A stretch of DNA of 64,000 nucleotides, from NCBI GenBank assembly GCA_964016885.1, contig OZ024743.1, positions 169,632,001 through 169,696,000 of the forward strand, written 5' to 3'. The position numbers and the translations under genes were made by a program. The notes under the pieces were generated by a model. It had not been told where the DNA came from. It saw only the letters and a list, made by a program, of their open reading frames with translations, and searched no databases. Positions 12,767 through 24,930 of the stretch are shown one piece after another. The stretch comes from Eledone cirrhosa (Eukaryota). Position 1 is the first letter of the stretch; every line of letters begins with the position of its first letter.

Positions 12767-14190
12767 ATGACAGCAGTCAGCAAAGTTAGGGTTAATAATG
12801 ACTATAGCGAGGAATTTAGCATACAGGTTGGTGTCCACCAGGGCTCTGTTCTTAGCTCTTTCCTGCTTATTATCATATTGCCGGCTATAACAGAGGAGTT
12901 TAAGATTGGATGCCTGTGGGAAATTCTGTACATGGATGATCTTACACTTGTAGCTGAATCTATGGTGGAACTAGAGAAGAAAAACATGGAAGCAGGGACT
13001 AGAAAGAAGGGGTCTCAAATTCGACCTGACAAAGACTAAGGTCCTCATAAGTAGACGGGAAAACAGAACTCAGATCCTCTCAGGGAAATGGCCTTGCTCA
13101 GTATGTAGGAGAGGTGTAGGTAGAAATTCCTTCCTCTGTCCCAAATGCAAACAATGGGTACACAAGAGATGTAGTGGGATCTCAGGAAGTTTAGTTAAGA
13201 ATATAGGCTTCACATGTTGCAGTTGCACCGGGATAGTAAGCAGCAAACGACCACAGGAAACAAGTACTATCAAATTCTGGGAGGACTCTGTAGAAACAGT
13301 AGACAGCTTCTGCTACCTAGGTGACTGAATTAGCAGTGGAGGTGGGTGTTCTGAAAGTACAGTAACCAGGGTAAGAATCGGCTGGAAGAAGTTCAGGGAC
13401 TACCATTGCTAGCTGCAAAAGACTTTTCCCTCAAAATGAAAGGTAGACTGTATGATTCATGCATCCGAGCAGCAATGTTACATGGTAGTGAGACCTGGGC
13501 GTTGTGTTCAGAAGACTTGCGTAGATTAGAAAGAAACGAAGCTTGCATGTTCCGATGGATGTATAATAGCAATATATGCAAACAGCAAAGCATAAACGAA
13601 TTGAGAGAGAGACGAAGCATAATAGGAAAAAGAAAATGATGTGTGCAGGAGAGGAGATTACGTTGGTATGGACATGTGATGTGTATGAAGGATGACAGCT
13701 GCATAAAAAGTTGCAGAGCACTAAAAGTCGATAGAAGCCTTGGAGTGGGAAATCCAAGAAGACCTGGGATGAGGTGATAAAAACTGATCTTTCCCAATTG
13801 CCCCGCTCAAAGGCGATGATACAGGACTGAGACCTCTGGTAATATGTAGTAATACAGAAGACCCAACGTCCCACAGGTACAAGCCAAAGCTGAAGCATAC
13901 AAACAGTATGCCCCCAGCCCCCTTCCACTGTAAAGTGGCCGCGAAAGTGTCACGATAAAAAGCACCCAGTCCACACTGTCAAGAGGTCATGTAGGCGCCA
14001 CAGTAAAAAAGTACCCAGTACTCACTATAAATGAGGTTCATGTCAGAAAGTGCATCCAGCTGTAGAAATCAAGCGAAAATCAGTTCTGTATGAGCAAGAC
14101 ATGGTCACTTGACCTGGCATTGCTCACAACAGGACAACCCATCTAACCCATGCTAGCGTGGAAGAATGGATGTAAAACAGTGATGATGAA
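12767..14190 (+). mobile_element. 5'-truncated RTE-clade LINE (family 1, PHD-like insertion in RT), (GAT)n tail
   Basis: GVHQGSVLS, LYMDDL, C4HC3 finger at 13086-13229, FCYLG, MLHGSETW, LRWYGHV; 3' end AACCCATGCTAGCGTGGAA..TAAAACAGTGATGATG. Confidence 0.88.
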
Positions 14191-14741
14191 CGAGCAAATA
14201 CTTGATCTATGATTATCTACATTTGTTCGTAAGTATTAAATGATTTTTTTTATGTTTTAATGTATGTCTATTTGGTGAGATACACTAATATCGTTGTACT
14301 TTTCCGGAATACTCCTCTTTAATACTGCTATCTCGTCTCAATTAAAATTATGGGCATTATACTTTATATATTAAGAACCTTACTAACATAACTAACCTGT
14401 CATGAGAAATTGGCACTCCGTAGTACATGCTTATATGCATGTGTGTATATATTAGTTGTACATATAGATGTAGCTTAGACTGTATGGTTTTGTATTGATA
14501 ATATATTATTGCCTGTATTTTTGTATACAATGTCCTAATCCATATTTGAATATGTACATATGTGTAGTTTTTCTTCTGTGTATATATGTGGATGCATTTA
14601 TGTAGTTATGTGCTATTGTGTGTATGTATGTATGTATATGTATATGTGTATGTATATGTGTGTATGTATGTATATATATGTGAGTGTGTATCTATGTTTG
14701 GGTATATATATGTTTATATATATATATAATCACTGTTGAGG

Positions 14742-15272
14742 GATAGTCCTGGCTTCTTACTCTATTTTTTAATTCATATGTATCACATCCGCAACAACGC
14801 AGCACGCCTTTTTTCATCCCTATATTTTCCCCCTCGCTGTGACCTGTCTCTTTCTCTTCCCTTACTGCTATCCTCTTTCTCTCTCACCCTTCTCTCTCCT
14901 TGTACCTCTTACTTTCATTCACCCCTCTGCTACTCACCCTCTCTCACTCCCACCCGTCTGATCCGTGTGAAATTCTTTTCTTGCTCACATTTCGCATGGC
15001 TTGGATATGTCTTTTGTCTTCTCGTTAATGATGTGCCAGATCTTATGTTCACTTGTATCACTGACTTGATTTTTCACCCTTTACGTTACCTTACCATTCT
15101 TGTTTGTTTACATGTCTCTCTTTCTCCACCCAATTCTTTTTATCCCAATAACTTTATTTAGTTATTGCTCGCGCTGGCCTGAGGTATATGATCTTTAATG
15201 CGAAGAAATACCTATGATGGCCAGATGACAGATAGTCCTGGCTTCTTACTCTATTTTTTAATTCATATGTAT
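14742..15272. repeat. About 530-bp unit bounded by an identical 42-bp direct repeat
   Basis: GATAGTCCTGGCTTCTTACTCTATTTTTTAATTCATATGTAT at 14742-14783 and 15231-15272. Confidence 0.85.
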
Positions 15273-15506
15273 ATATCAAAAGTGGAAGAATATAATCAAA
15301 TAGATATATAAGATGTAAATGTCAGCCACAGGAAAAAGCAAATTGCTCAATAATTATTTCATGCAAAATAAATGTTGAGAGAGAAGTGAGACTAGAGTTT
15401 ATGAATAATTAGTGATATATACAGTATATTATATAGGAAATAAGCCGAGCATGTATATTCAAAATTAATTGGAGGACAATCAACCAACACTCATTAAAAA
15501 TGTTTA

Positions 15507-15628
15507 TTCATTTACAAATGTTTCTGGCACAAAAACACATTGAGTTAGCATTCAAAATCAAACGGCAAAATTTGTCCATTAATCAAAATTTGCAAACTCA
15601 CAAATTTTTACACCATCTTCAGAATAAA
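15507..15628 (-). ncRNA. Type I hammerhead ribozyme fold with a 91-nt stem II
   Basis: Minus strand: TTTATT-CTGAAGA-TGGTGTAAAAA...TTTTTGTGCCA-GAAA-C-ATTT-G-TA-AATGAA. Stems I, II and III all pair; the cleavage triplet is GUA. Confidence 0.72.
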
Positions 15629-15961
15629 AAATCATAGTCAGCTAAAATAAAATCACACCAAGCAGTATACATCAACAATTTTAAAAATATATATTTGTTA
15701 AACAAGAAAATAAAATATTTCACTGTATTTAAAAGATAAACATGGCATCGGATGTCTCAGTTTGTTAAATGGTGATGACAATGATGATGATGATGATGGT
15801 GATATATATGTAGGTAATAATCTGTAGGTAATAATGTGTGTGTATTTGTACATGCTAATAAAATTTTATTTTATATATATGGGTGTGTGTATGAGTATAT
15901 ATTTTTTCCTTTTTTTTTTGCATTGGTGAATATATGTATGTGTATAATTTTGTTTACGTGT

Positions 15962-16210
15962 ATCATCATCATCATCATCATCATCGTTTAACGTCCATTT
16001 TCCACACTAGCATGGGTCTGGACGGGAATTGTCCCACTTGAGACAAGATTGGTTGTCTTGCTCAGCACTATCTGGCGGGTTTTCTACGGCTGGATGCCTT
16101 TCCCAACACCAACCACGTTTACAGTGTGGACTGGGAGGTTTTTCCCGTGTTACCTACACGGTCACATTACAGCGTGGACTGTGCGTTTTTGTCGTGACAC
16201 CTACACAACC
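15962..16210 (-). mobile_element. 3'-end fragment or SINE-like derivative of RTE family 1
   Basis: (CAT)n tail followed by TTTAACGTCCATTTTCCACACTAGCATGGGT and CTGGATGCC; same 3' UTR as about 13900-14190. Confidence 0.75.
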
Positions 16211-16689
16211 TCATTTATTTAGGACTGGAGCTTATATGTATAAATATATTTGAGTGTATATGAATTTATATATAGATGTATTATAAGTGTATCCAATGAT
16301 ATTGACTTGTTCTTCTTTTTGGTAAATATCATCTTCGTTAAGAGAGTGGGTCTGGCTTTGTGCAGTGCCTTTGCTCACTATAAAAGCTTCACGGCACAGG
16401 CATTGCTATATATCTGGAGATCTCTCTGCACTTGTCATCGCATGGTACCATGGGCCCAGCACTATGTGTCAATAATTGTCACAAGTGTAGTGTTTGTACC
16501 AGAGTTTTCAAGTCGCTGGCTGGACTAAAAAGTCACATTCGTTCAGCGCATTGGTAGGGGTTCTCCTACATGGATATAAAGTAGTGGTTGAACTCGAAAA
16601 CGAATTGACAGCCACCATATATATATATTACTTCAAAATATTAATAAATATAGACATTCATGTGATCAAATATATTTTATTATACATAT

Positions 16690-16736
16690 TTCAGATATAC
16701 TGAGCTATTTCAACAGTACGTCCTCATCAGATAAAA
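16690..16736 (-). ncRNA. Degenerate hammerhead-like motif downstream of the Penelope ORF
   Basis: Minus strand CTGATGA-GGACGTACTGTT-GAAATAGCTC; stems imperfect; same strand as the Penelope element. Confidence 0.4.
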
Positions 16737-18703
16737 TAAGTTGATGCTTGATATACCTTGACTATGTTGATGGTTATAATTTAGTCATGGCAGTGATTAG
16801 TTATGACAAAACTCGATATTTATATACCTTAAGTTGAAACATGAAAAATTACATATAATACGTATGAGAATGAGTGCGTATGAGAATGTGTATAAAGATA
16901 TATAAATAATTAATAATATATAATACGTAAACTTCTATAACTGTTAAAAGTTTAAATAATAATAATATATTCATACCTCATTATTGTTGATAGTGTAAGT
17001 GATAGATCGAGATAGCAAATCATGCGGAAAGGGAGAAAAAGAGAAAAAAAGATTTGATCGTAGGAACAAGAGAAGGGAGAAATGATCAAATGATAGAGAG
17101 AGGAAACTAAATTAAATCGTATAGTCAAAGGGACGGAAATATGTATTGTAACATGTAAATAGCGTATAATTAGATAGGGGGAAATAATAATGCTTGACCG
17201 TTTATTTTCAAATCTTAAGTTAATTGAAAATAGTCAATTAATCAAATGAACTAAGATTTTAGACTATAACATTTTAAAGGATTTATATTATTGTATTATA
17301 TCTGAGTTCAAGCAAATGTAACGTGAAAGAGATACATTTATGTCCATCATAACTCCAAATGTATTCACAAGTATATTAAAATCAAGAATATAATCAATAT
17401 ATTAGTAAAAAAAAACTTTAAATTAGAATGTTATTAATAAGTTATAAAGCTTTATAAATGTATCTAATAAGATATTATTAAACCAGATTTATCTAGATAT
17501 ACACATTTATATAATTTATATATAGACTATAAATTTTAAGGTTTAAGACGATATTATTCACTTATATGTAGTATAATTTCTGTTGAGAGTGTTATAAATT
17601 TAATTCAACTAGATTTTACATCAATTTAAGTATACAAAACAAATTAATTCAACTTGGATCTAAGGAGACTTTTATACTATAAATGCATAATCATATCCTC
17701 ATGAATCGTAAATAACCTTTCAAAGTAATTAAACGGTTTACAAGCCTTGAATACATTAAAGGTATTGTAGCAGTGGCCTCCCTTGTTGTGACTCACAACC
17801 CCAATAGATTAACAACATCTAGACGGGAAGTAGAACCCTTTCTGTAACATCCGGTCAGAACCCTATAAAACTAACAACTTTAAGTTCTCACCCTCTCATT
17901 AGCCCTTCCGGCGCCTGGCCTTCGCCAGGCGTCTTCTGCCAGCCTGCGTTTGCCTGGCAATCAAAACGGTAACTACTAACTTTGCTTCATTCTTTCGTTT
18001 ATTCATTGACATGTCAACTATACTGTTAAATTGTTGATTAAATATTATACACACAAGCCATGTCTCCTTCTTACATTCATACAACACAGTATCTTCGCTA
18101 TAGTATCAAATATATAAGATATAAGATTTAGAAAATACGAAAACCAAAATTAAATGTATTTAAACAATGTAAGGGTCCTGCGTACTCAACAAAGATCAGG
18201 TTAAAACTTCCAATGTTAAGGTAGAAATCCTTAATCTAATATTAATAAATAATAAAAGCATTACAAGAATTTTTAATCTGAGACAATATTGTTTCACACT
18301 CAAAGTTATTAATAAACGTCTAAATTCTTTTCACATTTATTGAATGTTTTTTCCTGATTTTTTGTGAAGCTTGGAATGTAGATGTAGCTTTGTGCAAGCA
18401 ATTTGAGAATAATTCACTTTTTTTGTTAATTAACTTATCATAATTAGTAATTATTAATAGGGTCCCCATATCACAAAGGTTGAAGTTAGGTGATATGGAT
18501 GAGTCAATGTAGACTTGGCTATTGCAGAGTTTTGACCAAAATATTGAGTACTCTAAATGTTTGTCTTTCAAGGACCATATTAGTTGTGATAAAGAAGTGG
18601 AGAATTTCTTATCCGGATTCGAAAAAGAGTGCTTGTGATTCGAATATCTTAATTTAAAGCTCGATGAGGTTGCTCCTATATAGTTGTAGGTGATGTTATT
18701 TGC

Positions 18704-18821
18704 CATTCTGAGTTCAAATTCCGCCGAGGTTAACTTTGCCTTTCATCCTTATGGGGTTGATAAAATAAAGTACCAGTAATACACTGGGTAATTTGCAGGC
18801 CTTGTTCCAAAACTAGAAACA
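18704..18821 (+). mobile_element. 5'-truncated SINE family A with a 9-bp TSD
   Basis: B-box to 3' end present; GTTATTTGC at 18695-18703 and 18822-18830. Confidence 0.85.
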
Positions 18822-18935
18822 GTTATTTGCTTTAACGGTACATTTATAAACTAGGTTCTTATCAAGACAATTATTTTGCAGAGGGCAATTCGATCTATTT
18901 CTGCAGTTACATTTCGATTTACTGTTATTATTATA

Positions 18936-19544
18936 TGGATTGGCGGTGGATTGGCAGTATCGGTAGAGGGTCGGACGCCATGCTTTCCAGCATAGTTACG
19001 TCCCTTTACGATCTGAGTTCAAATCCCGCCGAGGTTGACTTTGCCTTTCATCCTTACGGGGTCGATAAAATAAAGTACAAGTAATGCACTGGGTAATTGC
19101 TGGCCTTGTGCCTAAAGTAGAAACAATTATTATATGGATTGGCAGTATTGGTAGAGGGTCGGACGTATAGAGTATTGGTAGAGGCTTTGACGTATAGAGT
19201 TACGGCCCTTGCCATTCTGAGTTCATATCCCGCTAAGGTTAACTTTGCCTTTCATCCTTACGGGGTCGATAAAATAAAGTACCAGTAATGCACTGGGTAA
19301 TTGCTGGCCTTGTGCCTAACGTAGAAACAATTATTATAATTTAAAGGGCGGTGAATTGGCAGTATCGGTAGAGGGTCGGACATGCTTTCCAGCATAGTTA
19401 CGTCCCTTTACGATCTGAGTTCAAATCCGACCGAGGTTAACTTTGCCTTTCATCCTTAAAGGGGTCGATAAAATAAAGTACCAGTAATGTACTGGGTAAT
19501 TGCTGGCCTTGTGCCTAAAATAGAAACAATTATTATAATTTAAA
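18936..19544 (+). mobile_element. Three head-to-tail SINE family A copies
   Basis: Units at about 18936-19130, 19135-19330 and 19346-19530; TTATTATAATTTAAA (19331-19345 and 19530-19544) flanks the last one. Confidence 0.9.
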
Positions 19545-21471
19545 CTGTACACGTTATCATTGCTAATAGATGAAGGTGTACTGTTGTGAGTGCTTGAGTT
19601 AATGTTATTGTTATTCACAGTATCAATATTATTGCTAATGTTAATATTGCCATTATCCCTAATTGTTTGTTGGTTATGATTAAGAATTCTACTATTTATT
19701 TTTGCAATGTTCTGTGCCATATTCATAGTTGTTGAGTATGATAGCTTAATTGTATGTCTATTGAATATAGAATGGTATTTATGTGTGCTGGGAAAGCATT
19801 TATCTAAAGCCTTAAAGAATAAATTTGCCAGGGGTGTTTTGATAGCTAAAGATGCGGGAGGTGCATACCAAATCACTGCTTTGGTTCTGATTTTTTTTCG
19901 AGATTTATTCACGACATTATCATTTTTATTTATATTTAAATACTTTTTAGAGTCCGCTTTATTTATGTTATTCATATATTAACCTAATTTATAATTCGAA
20001 TTAGTATTATCTAGATATTTAATATTATTTTTGTATCCTGCCTTATGTAATGCCTCATTATAATATCCAGCTTTTACATCAAAAATGGATTTATTAGCAG
20101 ATAAGCTAGTTAAGCGTTTTTGAACACTATTGACTATTGCATTTTTCACGGATTTTGGGTGATTTGAGTAATAGTTAACATAATTTAGGCTTTCGTTAGG
20201 CTTATGGAAGGGGTAATATAATCCTCAATTTAAATTAAGGGTGACATCAAGGAAGTTAACTAGTTTAGTGCTACTTTCAACTTCTAATTTGAGGTCATAA
20301 TTTTTAAAGAATTCTATTATTGTTTTCTTAATCCTATTTAGTTCTGTACTGCTATGCTTAATTACAGTAAATAAAATATCATCCCTATATAAACCACGGT
20401 AATCTCCGGCAATTTTCTATTTACCATATTGAGGATAAAAATTCCCAGAAGATCGGTAATTTGTGCAGAGTCAGATGACCCCATGGTAATGTCAAAATTT
20501 CTATTTCTATCCGAGTGAGTCCAAAACTCATTATTAAAATCAATTAGGGTTCTTCTAGCCGTTAATATGATATTAATTTCCTCGCTAGTTAGATCTGTAT
20601 GTTTATAAGCATAAGACAAAGCCTTATTCAAGAGGTTAGGTGTAATAGATGAATAGTAACTTGCTATGTCCATTTCAATAAATTTGCGACTTTTCTTATT
20701 TTCTATATTTTTAAACCAGTCTATTACTTCACTAGTGTCCTTCCATAAGCTTAGCTTTGACTTCAATTTCAATGTTGGTAAAATTCTATCAATAATATTT
20801 TTACTGATTACTCCAATGTCCGACTTAGATGGAGTTATCAGTCTAACCAGCAAGTCTTCTTCAAAATTTCTCTTGTGATCCTTAAAATTTATCCTCGGCT
20901 GTCTAGGTATAAAAGGTTCGGTCTTTCTCTCAATTCCAAGATTGGCTATTATTTTAAACGCGTCATTATTGATATCTATTAGATCTTCAGATGGGGCCTT
21001 TCTATAATTCTTTCTCAGTACTTTTAAAATTAACTCTTTATATTCCGTTTTTTCTATCCCATATAAGTTGTTGGTTTTGTCTGACTTCACCAGTATTTTA
21101 TTTGCTTTTTTTATATCTATGATTTTTTTCCTTCAGACTTCTAAGGTTTTGTTGACCTTTATATGGGTTTTTCTTAAATGTTATCTTCTTTAGTATATTA
21201 AGAATTTCATTTTCAAAATCCTCCAGGAGTTTGTTTTATGGAGGATTTTTCATGGATTTGAAGATGTTTTCGAAATTATTGTTATTGCTTTTCCTTTTTG
21301 CTTCTTTGTTTTCAAAATGAAACGCACGCCACCTCACTCTTCTTATAAAACATATCTTATAAAACATTTTGAAAACAAAGTCTAACTCCAGTGCATCAAT
21401 TACTTGTGGAAGCTATTGGGGAAAAGCAGGAAATATATATATTTATGTGTGAGTGTGTATATATATATATA

Positions 21472-23885
21472 TCATCATCATCATCATCAACATCATCATC
21501 ATCATTTAACGCCCGTTAGATGTGTTAGATGTGTTAGATGGGTTAGATGTGTTGTCCCTTTAGAGGCAAGTTGGGTCAGGTGACCTTGTCTCACTCATAT
21601 AGAACTGTTTCTGGCTAGGTTTCTACGACTGGATGCTCTTCCTAACGCCAACACAATGTGTACTGGGTGATTTTTGTCATGACTCCTACATGACCACTTT
21701 ACAGTGTGGGCTAGGTGCTTTTTGTCGTGACACCTACACGACCACCTTACAGAATGGACTGGGTGCTTTTTGTCATGACACCCACAGAACCACTTTACAG
21801 TGTGTGCTGGATACATTTTGTTTACAGTGTAAGGGTGGGGGTGTAGGGGTTAAGACGTCCCTACTAGATGCATATTTGAGTCCGTGCTCATGGGAAGGCA
21901 TGTCTTTTCTATTATTACCTAACACCAAAGATCTCGATCCTGAGTCATTGTCTTTGAGAGATTCAATTGCGCAGGGTCAGCTTTTATCGCCTCATCCCAG
22001 GTCTTCCCACTCCACAGCTTCCATCAATTTTGATCACCCTCCACTTTTTATACAACTGTCGTCCTTCATAAACATCACATGACCATACCAACGTAATCTC
22101 CTCTCTAACATACTGCAATTGATCCATCTTATAACTAAATTTGTTCTCAGTTCATCTACGCTTTGTTCATGTATATTACTATTACACAACCATCAGAGCA
22201 TACATGCTTCATTTCTTTTACAGGTCCTCTGCACATTGTGCCTAAGTCTCACTGCCATGTAACATTGCTATTCATATACATGTATCGTGCAATCTGCAAT
22301 TCATTTAAACGGAAAAAACTTTTGTAGCTAGCATTGGTGGTAGCTCTCTGAAATTTCTCCATCCAATTCTTACTCTAGCTACTGTACTTTCGGAACACCC
22401 TCCTCCACTGCTGATTTTGTCACCCAGGTAACGGAATGTGTCGACTATTTCTATAGTACCATTTGGGCATTTGATGGAGCTAGTATCCTGTGGGCTCTTG
22501 CTACTTACTGCACCTGAGCATTGGCCACATATAAAAACGTTCTTTGATAGCCTGCCTGTGATCTCCCTACATCTTTTATGTACCCATAGCTTGCATTTGG
22601 GACACAGAATTGAATTTCTACCTACCCCTTTCCTACACACTGGGCAAGGCCATTTCCCAGAGGGAATCTGGACCCTGTTTTTCTTTCTACATACTAGAAC
22701 TTTAGTCTTTGAGAAGTTAACTTTAAAACCTTTTCATTCAAGGCCATACTTCCAGGTTTGGAATTTATTCGCTAATTCTGCCATAGATTCAGGTATGAGA
22801 GTTAGATCATCTGATTACAGAAGTTCCTTAAACTTTTCTGTTATAGCCTGTAGGGCAATAATAAACATGAGGGGGATAAGGATAGAGCCTTGGGTGAACA
22901 CCTACTTTTACGCTAAATTCTTCACTATATTCATTGTAAATTCTAAACTTGCTGACTGTTCCTCTATACATGACTTGTACAGCTTTCACAAGCTTCTCAT
23001 CTACTCCTAGTTTTCTAAGAGCCCACCAGATATTGGAGTGGGAGACTCTGTCAAAGGCTTACTCCAAGTCAACAAAAGCTAAGTAGAGGGGTTTACTTTT
23101 AGCTAGCTACTCCTTTTGCAGTTGCCTCATGAGGAAGTGACCATCTGTTGTACTTTTACCTGGCACAAATCCAAACTGCATTTCATCAAGGTTAATTCGG
23201 TGCCTAATCAGCTGTGTGATAACGCTTTCGGTGACCTTCATGACCTGGTCAACTAACTTAATGCCTCTTTAGTTTTCTGTCTAGAGCATCTCCGTTGCAC
23301 TTGTAGCAGTTTATGATGATGCTGCTACACCAGTCATTGAGTGTGACCCCATTCTGTATGAATTGGTTTACTATCTGGGTGACCATAGTATGTCCCACCA
23401 TTCCAGATGCTTTCAGCATCTCAGCAACTCTCCCCAAAGGTCCAGTTGCCTTCCCTGTCTTCATATCTTTTTTTGCCTTACTTAATATATTACTACTAAC
23501 TTGCACAACTGGTCCCTATGTTGGGTCAACTTGAGGCAAACTATCTTCATCCCATTCATTCTCCTCATTTAGCAGTCTTTCATAGTGGCATTTCCATGAT
23601 ACATTCTTTTCAACATCAGTGAGGGCAAGTACACACTTCTCCCCAACAATATTACAATTTTCTCTGACACACTGTTTTGCAATCCTGAACACCTCACACC
23701 TTTGATCCTCGCATTGCAGAGCATGTTTAAATTTTTTATCTTCTGCTTCCCTTCTTGCAAGGTACACTTGTTGTGGAGCTTTTCTTTTAGCCACCAGGTA
23801 GTGTTCTCTACTTACTCCATTCCACCATTCTTTCCATGCCTGCCTTTTGGCCTTAGTTCTCTCCTCCATCCTACTGTTTCACCGT
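21472..23885 (-). mobile_element. RTE-clade LINE family 1, decayed, with PHD-like insertion
   Basis: (CAT)n tail at 21472-21505; about four roughly 39-bp 3' UTR repeats at 21655-21830; finger at 22518-22655; RT fragments (KATGP, FVDLE.AFD); linker ORF 23516-23869. Confidence 0.88.
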
Positions 23886-24563
23886 AGTTACTAACGGTCT
23901 GTGTACACTTAAATCGGGCAATGGCACGTGCGGACATGATTATCTCCGTAGGAATTCAATTTTATTTTACTACATCTCATCGTATGTATTTATTTTGAAT
24001 GTATTATCCGTGGTGGTGGGTCTTGCCTAATGTGGTATTTCTGTGTTTAATATCAGCTTTGACCCGGGTGTCCTACGCTGTGTGTGTGTGCGTGTGTGTC
24101 TGTGTATACATTTATATGTGTATGGGTGTAGGTGGTTGTATATGTCTGTATATAAAAATATATATATATATGTATACCGTCTCTGCATATGCATGTGGTG
24201 TGTATATGTGCATATACGTGCTGAACATATTGGTGTGTATAATCTTGTGATGTCCCAATGCGGTGACTTCATGGCTCTTGAAGCTATTTTTTATATATCT
24301 TTTGTCTTTTTATATATCTTTTGTATGCGCTCCAACTGTGTCTGCTTGCTTTGGCTAACCCGCCTGCACCTCGCTTTCGGCCTCTTGCTACTGCACGTGA
24401 ATTCTCCTACCTTCCTTCGATGCACCTCTGTTTGACCATTTGACTCCTGCCCGGGTGTGAACCGGTTTGTGATTACCCCACCGCTCAACTGTGTGAATGC
24501 ACACCCGTGACTTTCGAGTGAACTTTTGAGACTGCCCAACCTGGGACGCCTCCATTGCCTTGC

Positions 24564-24726
24564 AATGGTCAAGTGATACTGGTGACTGTGACACTTAGTG
24601 CCTTCGTGGGCCCCTGATATTTTCAAGAAATATATTCTAAAAAAATGGTCAAGTAATACAGATAACTGTGACACTTAGTGCCTTCGTGGGCCCCTGATAT
24701 ATTCAAGAGATATATTCTAAAAAAAT
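24564..24726. repeat. 80-bp tandem duplication
   Basis: AATGGTCAAGT...ACTGTGACACTTAGTGCCTTCGTGGGCCCCTGATAT...TATATTCTAAAAAA starts at both 24564 and 24644. Confidence 0.9.
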
Positions 24727-24739
24727 ATATATCTTATCT

Positions 24740-24834
24740 CAATTTACTTTATTTTATTTTATTTTATTTCATTTCATTTTATTTTATTTTATTTATTTAT
24801 TTATTTAATTTCATTTATTTATTTATTTATTTAC

Positions 24835-24866
<32 letters not shown>

Positions 24867-24898
24867 TTTTAATTTTAATTTTATTTATTTATTTAATT

Positions 24899-24930
<32 letters not shown>

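Larger units (their letters stand above)
18320..21420 (-). mobile_element. Penelope-like element (RT, Cys-rich linker, C-terminal GIY-YIG), interrupted by four SINEs
   Basis: 20362-21090 KSDKTNNLY, FKDHK, RLITPSKS, MDIASYYSSI, ITMGSSDSAQ; 19421-19975 WYAPP..FNRHTIKLSYS. CNCRNRSNCPLQNNCLDKNLVYKCTVK joins ANNITYNYIGAT..FKLRYSNHK once the SINE is removed. Confidence 0.9.

Noticed and set aside
18275-18300. Minus-strand GAAA-CAATATTG-TC palindromic stem III-like motif just after the Penelope stop
   Set aside because: No CUGANGA or stem II found upstream.
18936-19544. Regularly spaced repeats resembling a CRISPR array or tRNA gene cluster
   Set aside because: The units are about 190-bp SINEs with tails and TSDs; there are no unique spacers, no cas genes and no complete cloverleaf.
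21655-21830. 39-bp repeats as a CRISPR-like array
   Set aside because: They are contiguous tandem units without spacers, inside a LINE 3' UTR.
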